From: Candidatus Iainarchaeum sp. | GTDB lineage: Archaea > Iainarchaeota > Iainarchaeia > Iainarchaeales > CSSED10-239 | Assembly: GCA_937968065.1 (NCBI GenBank) | Contig: CALBUD010000013.1 | Location: 1 to 17,073 of the forward strand | DNA: 17,073 bases | Direction: 5' to 3' | Shown: in pieces, positions 1 to 7,212 of the stretch | Layout of the letters: the number at the start of each line of letters is the position of its first letter | Position numbering within the stretch: the first letter of the stretch is position 1 | Program-made: the position numbers and the translations under genes | The notes under the pieces: generated by a model | What the model was told of the DNA's origin: nothing | The model's database searches: none | What the model saw: only the letters and a program-made list of their open reading frames with translations

Positions 1-44
1 CGGGCTATCTAGATACTCCATCGGGCTATCAGTTGATACTCCAC
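1..44. repeat. Imperfect tandem duplication (units of about 21-23 nt), GC-rich, at the window edge
   Basis: CGGGCTATC occurs at 1-9 and 22-30. GATACTCCA occurs at 12-20 and 35-43, with a third partial copy GACTCCA at 45-51. By hand count about half of nt 1-57 is G+C, against roughly a quarter elsewhere. Confidence 0.6.
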
Positions 45-743
45 GACTCCATGCGGGAATATGATAATGTAGAGGGATTTATACATATTTCTCAAATATC
101 ATCTACCTGGATAAAAAATATTCACAATCATGTTAAACAAAATCAGATAAGAGCTGCAAAAGTTTTAAAAGTTGATACTGATAAAAAACATATTGATTTA
201 TCTTTTAGTAGAATTAATGATACTGATGAAAAAAGAAAAATTGCAGATTATAGATTATTTTTAAGAGCTCAAAGTCTTTTACAAGTTGTTGCAAAAGAAT
301 TAAATATATCTTCAGAAAAAATATGGCAAGAAATTGCAGAACCAATACTTGAAAAAGAATCTTCTCTTTACAAAGGTTTTTTAAATATTTTAAAATATGG
401 TGGAGATTATTATTCAGATATTAATTCTCAATATCATAAAATATTATTTGAAACTTTAGATAAAAATATAACTATTAAAGATAAAGAAATTTCTGGAGTT
501 ATGACTATAACTTCTAAAGAATCTAGTGGTTTTGAAAATATAAAAAAAGTACTAATTTCTATTGAGGAAAAAAATCCAGATTGTAAAATAACTTATTTTG
601 GTCCTGGAAAATATGAATTAAAAGTAACTTCAAAAGATTTTAAACAAACTGCAAAAAGATTTGATGAAATTACAAAAGAAATTTCAAAAACTTTGAAGAA
701 AAATACTTTTTTTGAAGTTGTAAAAAAAGAAGGTGCTAAATAA
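1..743 (+). CDS. Translation initiation factor aIF2 alpha subunit (5' partial)
   Basis: The distal part of an S1/OB fold is present (EGFIHISQISSTWIKNIHNHVKQNQIRAAKVLKVD...IDLSFSRI). It is followed by a helical middle domain and an alpha/beta C-terminal domain in the order typical of aIF2-alpha. The frame of the 33..743 ORF has no stop back to nt 3, so the TTG at 33 is probably not the real start and the N-terminus lies outside the window. TAA stop at 741-743. Confidence 0.85.
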   Translation, partial: GYLDTPSGYQLILHDSMREYDNVEGFIHISQISSTWIKNIHNHVKQNQIRAAKVLKVDTDKKHIDLSFSRINDTDEKRKIADYRLFLRAQSLLQVVAKELNISSEKIWQEIAEPILEKESSLYKGFLNILKYGGDYYSDINSQYHKILFETLDKNITIKDKEISGVMTITSKESSGFENIKKVLISIEEKNPDCKITYFGPGKYELKVTSKDFKQTAKRFDEITKEISKTLKKNTFFEVVKKEGAK

Positions 744-768
744 TTTTTATAAAAATAGGTGATGTTTA

Positions 769-1575
769 ATGGTTACAAAAATTGAAATTTTAACAAAATT
801 AAAAACTTTAAAAAATCCAGTGTTATTTGTAGGACTTCCAGGCATAGGTCTTGTTGGAAAAATAGCTGTAGATTATCTTATAAAAGAACTTTCTCCAAAA
901 CCAGTATTGATTGGAAAAATATATTCTGATTCTTTCCCACCAGCAGTTCATGAAAAAAATTCAGTTCTAGAACTAATCTATAATGAAATTTATTTATATA
1001 AAACAAAAACAAAAGATTTTTTATTTATTGCAGGTCCGGTTCAACCAGCTTTAGGTAATATTTTAAATAGCCCACAACACTATGAATTTTCAGAAACAAT
1101 TGCTTTGTTTGCAAAAAAACAAAAAATAAAAGAAATATATACTTTTGCAGGTCTTAATATTGGAGATAAAAGAATTGTTTCAAAACCAAGAGTTATTTGT
1201 ATAAGTACAGATTTAAAAACTAAAGAAAATATAAAAAAAAGAAAAATTAAAAATTTATTTTTCCAAGATAAAGGAGAAGATGCTTTAATTTCAGGAATTG
1301 CAGGTTTATTATTAGGTTTATCTTATAATCAATATAAAATATCAGGATCTTGTCTTATGGGAGAAACTAACAGTAAATTAACTTATGGAGATCCTTCTTC
1401 TGCAAAACAATTAATTGAAGTTATTTCAGAGTTATTTAAATTAAAGATCGATTTTAAAAAAATTGATGATAGTGCAAAAAAAATAGAAAAATCATTTAGT
1501 GAAATTTCTAAAAATCTAGATGCAATTTCTCAAAAACAAGAAGGATCTGCTGGTCCCTCAAATTATATACGTTAA
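769..1575 (+). CDS. PAC2-family proteasome assembly chaperone (PbaA/PbaB-like)
   Basis: The N-terminal VGLPGIGLVGKIAVDYLI motif is characteristic of the archaeal PAC2/DUF75 family. Size is about 268 aa, with a charged helical C-terminal tail ending in NYIR. A GGTGAT Shine-Dalgarno at 758-763 lies 5 nt before the ATG. Confidence 0.72.
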   Translation: MVTKIEILTKLKTLKNPVLFVGLPGIGLVGKIAVDYLIKELSPKPVLIGKIYSDSFPPAVHEKNSVLELIYNEIYLYKTKTKDFLFIAGPVQPALGNILNSPQHYEFSETIALFAKKQKIKEIYTFAGLNIGDKRIVSKPRVICISTDLKTKENIKKRKIKNLFFQDKGEDALISGIAGLLLGLSYNQYKISGSCLMGETNSKLTYGDPSSAKQLIEVISELFKLKIDFKKIDDSAKKIEKSFSEISKNLDAISQKQEGSAGPSNYIR

Positions 1576-1612
1576 AAAAAATTATTTGTATTAAAAAAAA
1601 TGTGATAGGTAA

Positions 1613-3169
1613 ATGGTTTTTAAAGAAAATGAACTTGGAATTGTTATTTCAACAATGGACTCTCCATCAACCTCAAGAATCACATTTGTCTGTGCAAATA
1701 AAAAAGTTTATAAAGGGCAATATATACAAATAGAATACTCTCAAGGAAAACTAATAGGACTTGTAACTGATGTTTCTTCTCAAAATAGATATTTTGAAAA
1801 TCAAGAATCTATAAAAGAATTTGAAAATACTGAATATAATTTAGATGAACAGTTTCCAACAAGTGATTGGGAATTTCTACAAGCTACTGTTAAACCTTTA
1901 GGAGTTTTATCTTTTGATAATTTTTTTATAAGATCAACTCTTCCAGTTTCTCCAGGAAGTAAAGTTTTAGTTTGTGAAGAAGATGTTTTATTTAAATTTT
2001 TACATTTTAAAAAAAATGGTTTGTTTTTAGGAAATATTGATTTTCCAAAAATGCCTGTTTCTTTTTGTATGGATAGACTTTTACAAAAACATCTTGCAAT
2101 TTTAGCACAATCTGGTGCAGGAAAAAGTTATTTAACTTCTGTTATCTTAGAAGAACTTTTAGATAGAAAAAAAGAAGATGGAAATATTGCAATTTTACTT
2201 TTTGATGTTCATGGAGAATACACTCATTTTTCTAATACTTTAAAAGAAAATGAAAAAAATAATTACAAAGACTATTCTTCTAAAACAATTAAAATTAATT
2301 CTTTTGAAATTAAGATTGGATGTTCTGGGCTTTCTTTAAACTTTTATTCAAGTCTTTTACCTTCCTTAAGTTCTGCGCAAAAAAGAGAACTTGGAAATGT
2401 TTTAAATAAATTAAATGAAGATAAAAAAAATGGTTTTGGACCGTATGCTTTAAAAGATATTATTAAAGAACTTGAAAAACAAGAGATTAAAGAAGCAATC
2501 TTAAAACCATTAATTAATTCTTTAGGAGAACTTTTAGAATACAATCTTTTTTCAAAAATAGATTCTCCTTCTATTTTTGATATTGTAAAACCAGGAACTT
2601 TAACAATTATTGATCTTTCAAGAGAGATTAATCTTAGAAAAAAACAATTAATCTTATATTATTTTGCACATAAACTTTTTTATTCAAGAATAAATATTTC
2701 TTATAAAACACCACCTTTTTCATTAATTGTTGAAGAGGCTCATCAATTTGCACCAGAAACTGCAAGCAAAGAAAGAGCTTTAGCAAAATCTATTTTAGAA
2801 ACTATAGCAAGAGAAGGAAGAAAATTTGGAGCTTCTCTTTGTTTAATTTCTCAAAGGCCAGTTAAACTTTCAACAACAATTCTTTCTCAAGCAAACACAC
2901 ATATTATTTTAAGAATAACAAATCCTTATGATCTTAAGCATATAGGAGAATCGTCAGAAGGTCTTGATTCAAAATCTATAGAGATGATAACTTCTCTAAG
3001 AGTTGGAGAAGCTTTAGTTGTTGGAGAAGCGTCTTCTTACCCTGTTTTTTTTAAAGTTAGACAAAAATATTCAAAAGATTCTCATTTAGATGTTTCTTTA
3101 TCTGGACTTGCAAAAAGATTTTCTGAAAAAGAAAATGATAAAAATAAAGATATTGATTCTTTTTTATAA
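1613..3169 (+). CDS. HerA-like (DUF87) P-loop ATPase/helicase
   Basis: Walker A is AQSGAGKSY and Walker B is a DEAH-like SLIVEEAHQFAP. The downstream ISQRP, an arginine-finger-like region, and an N-terminal barrel-like domain match HerA/FtsK-superfamily architecture. A GTGAT/AGGT SD precedes the ATG. Confidence 0.8.
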   Translation: MVFKENELGIVISTMDSPSTSRITFVCANKKVYKGQYIQIEYSQGKLIGLVTDVSSQNRYFENQESIKEFENTEYNLDEQFPTSDWEFLQATVKPLGVLSFDNFFIRSTLPVSPGSKVLVCEEDVLFKFLHFKKNGLFLGNIDFPKMPVSFCMDRLLQKHLAILAQSGAGKSYLTSVILEELLDRKKEDGNIAILLFDVHGEYTHFSNTLKENEKNNYKDYSSKTIKINSFEIKIGCSGLSLNFYSSLLPSLSSAQKRELGNVLNKLNEDKKNGFGPYALKDIIKELEKQEIKEAILKPLINSLGELLEYNLFSKIDSPSIFDIVKPGTLTIIDLSREINLRKKQLILYYFAHKLFYSRINISYKTPPFSLIVEEAHQFAPETASKERALAKSILETIAREGRKFGASLCLISQRPVKLSTTILSQANTHIILRITNPYDLKHIGESSEGLDSKSIEMITSLRVGEALVVGEASSYPVFFKVRQKYSKDSHLDVSLSGLAKRFSEKENDKNKDIDSFL

Positions 3170-3222
3170 TTTTTTAAATATAAACCATATATTTAAATAT
3201 ATTTTACATTAGAATATATAAT

Positions 3223-3684
3223 ATGTATAAAGTATCTTGGAATGAGTTTGAAAGTTTATCTATTGAGCTTGCAAAAAATATTTTAGATTCTGGAAAAAAG
3301 TTTACAGCGATTGTAGGTGTTTCTAGAGGTGGTCTTTTGCTTGCAAGATTACTTTCTTCAATATTAAAACTTCCAATGGGAGTTATTGATGCAAAATATG
3401 TTCAAAATAAATATGTTATAGATGAGCATGTTTCTACAATTTTTGAACTTAAAGGAGATATTTTGCTTGTAGATGATGTTTTAGAAATCATTTCTAAAGA
3501 AATAATTTTAAAAATAAAAAAAAATTATAAACACGTAACTTCAGTATCTTCTGCAAGTATTTTTTATAAAACAAATAATAATTTTAAACCTGATTTTTAT
3601 GTTAATAATGTAAAAGATATGTTAACAATTATTTTTCCATATCAAGAAATCAGTATAAATGAAAATTTTGAAAATAGTTTATAA
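3223..3684 (+). CDS. Gpt-like type I phosphoribosyltransferase-fold protein with a degenerate PRPP loop
   Basis: The N-terminal layout resembles xanthine-guanine PRT (VSWNEF...LAKNI...FTAIVGVSRGGLLLARLLS). The acidic motif LLVDDV is present, but the following D-T-G-x-T phosphate-binding loop is replaced by LEIISKE. There is no SD, and a TATA-like TTTAAATATA lies about 25 nt upstream, suggesting a leaderless mRNA. Confidence 0.6.
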   Translation: MYKVSWNEFESLSIELAKNILDSGKKFTAIVGVSRGGLLLARLLSSILKLPMGVIDAKYVQNKYVIDEHVSTIFELKGDILLVDDVLEIISKEIILKIKKNYKHVTSVSSASIFYKTNNNFKPDFYVNNVKDMLTIIFPYQEISINENFENSL

Positions 3685-3695
3685 GGTGGTATTTT

Positions 3696-4232
3696 ATGAA
3701 AAATAAAAAAACAAAAATAGTTAATACAAAAAGTAAAAAAGAAAAAACTAAACAAAAAGATGTAAAACCAAAAGTTGTTAAAAAAAAATCTAATAACTTA
3801 ACAAACATTCTTTTAGTTATTTTAATAGTTATTCTTTTAGCTTTATTTATATCAACAATAATAACTACAAAAGATAATCCAATTATATATGAAACCATAG
3901 ATCAAAATAATTTTGATGAAAATAATTTAGTTGATGTAAATTTTAATGTTGAAGTTATTAATGATAATAATAATTCATATCCATTAGATTTAAATGAAAT
4001 TACAGTTCCTGAAAGCGAACTTATAAATGAATTTTTAATTACTGAAGAAAACATAGATGATTTAAGAGGAAGATATTATTTTGTATTTAATGAATCATTA
4101 ATTTTTGCTTATGGTTTTAAACAAACCAAAATAGGAGATGTTATTTTAGAATTTAAAGATTATATTATCGTTTATAATGTTTCAGAAGAAGATGTTAAAA
4201 GCGTTTGGATGTTAGAATCAATTTCAAACTAA
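3696..4232 (+). CDS. Hypothetical single-pass membrane protein (Lys-rich N-tail, one TM helix, Asn/Asp/Glu-rich ectodomain)
   Basis: The N-terminus MKNKKTKIVNTKSKKEKTKQKDVKPKVVKKK is followed by a hydrophobic helix ILLVILIVILLALFISTIITT. I recognise no family motif. A strong AAGGTGGT SD at 3683-3690 overlaps the upstream stop codon. Confidence 0.6.
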   Translation: MKNKKTKIVNTKSKKEKTKQKDVKPKVVKKKSNNLTNILLVILIVILLALFISTIITTKDNPIIYETIDQNNFDENNLVDVNFNVEVINDNNNSYPLDLNEITVPESELINEFLITEENIDDLRGRYYFVFNESLIFAYGFKQTKIGDVILEFKDYIIVYNVSEEDVKSVWMLESISN

Positions 4233-4268
4233 CTTTTTATTTTTTATTTTTTTAAATAAGGTATATTT

Positions 4269-5504
4269 ATGGATGATGCAAATATAATAATTCTAAAAAA
4301 GAAAATTAAAGCTATAAAAGAGTATAAAGGACAAGGTACTCAACTTATAAGTTTTTATCTACCTCCTGATTCTGATAGAAGTTCTGCAACAAAACAATTA
4401 ACAGATGAAATGAGTCAGTCTTCAAATATAAAGAGTGCACAAACAAGAAAAAATGTACAAGCAGCTTTAAAAAGAATTATAAATTATTTAAAACAAATTG
4501 ATTTTAAATTACCATCAACAGGTGTGGTTTTATTCTCAGGAGATGTTTCTACAAACCCTTCTAAATCAGATGTAATTTTACTAGTTATAGTTCCTCCTAT
4601 AAAACTTACAACTAAACTTTATTGGTGCGATTCTTCTTTTCACATAGCACCTTTAGAAGATATGGTTCAAACAGATGATGTTTATGGTCTTGTAGTGTTA
4701 GATAAAAGAGAAGCAACTCTTGCTATTTTAAGAGGAAAATCAAAAGAAATTTTATCAAGAGAAACATCAGGGGTTCCAGGAAAGACTCGTGCAGGAGGAC
4801 AATCCGCGCATCGTTTTGAAAGAGTAAGAGAAAAAGCTGCTGAAGAGTTTTTTAAAAGAGTTGGAGAAAAAGTAAATACAGCTTATCTAAATGTTGATAA
4901 TTTTAAAGGACTTATTGTTGGAGGTCCTGGTCTTACTAAAAATGAGTTTTTAGAAATTGCAGATCTTGATCATAGAATAAAAGATAAAGTTTTAGGAACT
5001 GTTGATACCTCTTACACAGATGAATCAGGAATTAAAGAAATTTTAGATAAATCAGAAGATTTTTTAAAAGAAGTTGGTATTGTACAAGAAAGAAAAATTG
5101 TAGATAAATTTTTTGAAAATCTTGCAAAAAATTCTCTTGCAATTTATGGTTATCAAGATATTATAGATGGATTAAATTTAGGAAAAGTATCAACAATTTT
5201 AATATCTGAAGGACTTGATTGGACTGTTTTAAAATTTAAATGTCTTAATGATAAATCAAGATTTATAAAAGTTATAAAAAATAAATTAGAAGTTTCTTTA
5301 GCTATTTCAAAATATGAATCTGGAACAAGTGAATGTGATAACCAAAAAGCAGAACTTGTAGAAGAAGTTGACTTATATGATTATTTTTTAGATTTAGCAC
5401 AAAGTACAAATGCAAAAGTAGAATTAATATCAACAGAAACATTAGAAGGTAAACAATTTTTAGATACTTTTGGTGGACTGGGTGCTTTTTTAAGATATAA
5501 ATAA
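4269..5504 (+). CDS. prf1: Peptide chain release factor aRF1
   Basis: NIKS motif (SSNIKSAQTR), YxCxxxF motif (LYWCDSSFHI) and GGQ motif (TRAGGQSAHRFER) occur in canonical order. Length is about 411 aa. Confidence 0.95.
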   Translation: MDDANIIILKKKIKAIKEYKGQGTQLISFYLPPDSDRSSATKQLTDEMSQSSNIKSAQTRKNVQAALKRIINYLKQIDFKLPSTGVVLFSGDVSTNPSKSDVILLVIVPPIKLTTKLYWCDSSFHIAPLEDMVQTDDVYGLVVLDKREATLAILRGKSKEILSRETSGVPGKTRAGGQSAHRFERVREKAAEEFFKRVGEKVNTAYLNVDNFKGLIVGGPGLTKNEFLEIADLDHRIKDKVLGTVDTSYTDESGIKEILDKSEDFLKEVGIVQERKIVDKFFENLAKNSLAIYGYQDIIDGLNLGKVSTILISEGLDWTVLKFKCLNDKSRFIKVIKNKLEVSLAISKYESGTSECDNQKAELVEEVDLYDYFLDLAQSTNAKVELISTETLEGKQFLDTFGGLGAFLRYK

Positions 5505-5537
5505 TATTTTTAAAAATAATTTTAATTTTTTTAACAT

Positions 5538-6809
5538 ATGGAATATAAATATCTAACAACAACCAAAGGATTAGGAGGAAGAATAAAACAACTTCCTCAA
5601 GATTTTATAGTTGAAGAAATAGGTTCTGATTACACTACATCTGTAAAATATCTTCCTGATAAAAAAATAGAAAATATTGATTGGGATTTTATTTTTAAAG
5701 AAAAAACAGATGATAAAGAATATCTTTTACTTGATTTAGAAAAACATAATATATCAACTCCAAAAGCAATTTCTGAAATGTCTAGATTTTTAAAAATTTC
5801 AAAATCAAGAATAGGATATGCAGGACTTAAAGATAAAAGATCCATATCTTCTCAAAAAATATCTTTATTTAATCCAGATAAAGAAAGACTTTCAAAATTT
5901 TATTTTAAAGATATAAAAACATACAATCCTATATGGTCTAATAAAAAAATAGAAATTGGAAGTTTAAAAGAAAATAGATTTAAAATAACTATAAGACAAA
6001 TTGTTTCTTTAACTGAAGAAAAAATAAAAAAAATTATTAGAGATGCTTTTTCTCAAATAGAAGATAAAGGATTAATTAATTATTTTGGAGAACAAAGATT
6101 TGGTGGACAAAGAGAAATAACTGCAAAAGTAGGAAAAGAACTTATTTTAAAAAATTATAAAGAGGCTGTTATGCTTTATTTAACTCATCCTTCAATTTAT
6201 GAAAATGAAGAAACTATTTTTGCAAGAAAAGATATTAAAGAGAATCAAGATTTTAAAAAATGGGCTTCTTTTTTTCCTCTAAAAACAGGTTATGAAATAC
6301 AATTATTAAATCATCTTGCAAAAAATCCAACTGATTTTTTAGGAGCTATAAAAATATTGCCAAAATCTATTCAATATCTTTTTTTGCATGCATATCAATC
6401 TTATTTATTTAATGAGATTATAAATTTAAGAATAAAAAAAGGATATCAAACAAATAAAATATCTGGAGATAAGATAATAGATAACAAAATTCATTTTCAA
6501 TTATTTGGATATGATTCTAAATTTTTAGAGGGAGATGCTGGAGAAATTGAAAAAGAAATTTTTAAAAAAGAAGAAATAAATTTTAAACATTTTTTTAATA
6601 AAGATTATTCTGTTCTTTCTGTTAGTGGTGATTTCAGATCCTTTTTAACAAATCCCAAAGATTTAAAATTAATTGAAGTTTTAGAAGATGAGTTAAATCA
6701 AGAAAATATGCCAGACTCAAAAAAAGCAACAATTTCTTTTATTTTAGATAAAGGACAATATGCAACTGTTTTAATTAGAGAGATTATAAAACTTGAAAAT
6801 ATTGGTTAA
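5538..6809 (+). CDS. truD: tRNA pseudouridine synthase TruD/Pus7 family
   Basis: The catalytic-Asp motif YAGLKDKRSISSQ and the NYFGEQRFG motif are TruD hallmarks. There is no SD, and an AT-rich TATA-like tract about 20-30 nt upstream suggests a leaderless mRNA. Confidence 0.9.
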   Translation: MEYKYLTTTKGLGGRIKQLPQDFIVEEIGSDYTTSVKYLPDKKIENIDWDFIFKEKTDDKEYLLLDLEKHNISTPKAISEMSRFLKISKSRIGYAGLKDKRSISSQKISLFNPDKERLSKFYFKDIKTYNPIWSNKKIEIGSLKENRFKITIRQIVSLTEEKIKKIIRDAFSQIEDKGLINYFGEQRFGGQREITAKVGKELILKNYKEAVMLYLTHPSIYENEETIFARKDIKENQDFKKWASFFPLKTGYEIQLLNHLAKNPTDFLGAIKILPKSIQYLFLHAYQSYLFNEIINLRIKKGYQTNKISGDKIIDNKIHFQLFGYDSKFLEGDAGEIEKEIFKKEEINFKHFFNKDYSVLSVSGDFRSFLTNPKDLKLIEVLEDELNQENMPDSKKATISFILDKGQYATVLIREIIKLENIG

Positions 6810-6889
6810 TTTTTAATAAAAGGTTTATTTTTATTTTGTTTGTTTCAAATATAAATACTAGTTTTAAATAAATTAAAGAAGGAAAAAAT

Positions 6890-7168
6890 ATGAATAAAGA
6901 AGTATTAGAAAAAATAACTATTTTGATAACTACTGCTTTTGGACTTGTTGCTGCACTTGCTTGGAATGATGCGATAAAAGCATTATTTGTAGAAATTTTT
7001 GGAGCTGCAGGAAATATTATTGCAATGTTTTTATATGCAATTATCGTAACAATTATTGCTGTATGGGTTACTATGAGATTAACTTATGTTTCTCAAAAAG
7101 CAACTAATTTTACAGAAAAAGTAGAATCAAAAGTTAAAAATACAGTAAAAAAAGTTTCAAAAAAATAA
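6890..7168 (+). CDS. Small membrane protein with two predicted TM helices (possibly DUF5654-like)
   Basis: 92 aa. It has two hydrophobic segments (ITILITTAFGLVAALAW and IIAMFLYAIIVTIIAVWVTM) and a basic C-terminal tail. A GAAGGA SD precedes the ATG. The family assignment is from memory only. Confidence 0.6.
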   Translation: MNKEVLEKITILITTAFGLVAALAWNDAIKALFVEIFGAAGNIIAMFLYAIIVTIIAVWVTMRLTYVSQKATNFTEKVESKVKNTVKKVSKK

Positions 7169-7200
7169 ATTTTTTCAAAAAAAATAAAAAATTTATTTTT
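7161..7200. terminator. Perfect 15-bp A/T-only inverted repeat between convergent genes (candidate bidirectional terminator)
   Basis: AAAAATAAATTTTTT at 7161-7175 is the exact reverse complement of AAAAAATTTATTTTT at 7186-7200, with a 10-nt loop. It overlaps the TAA stop at 7166-7168 and is flanked by T-runs on both strands. Confidence 0.4.
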
Positions 7201-7212
7201 CTTTCTTTTTTT

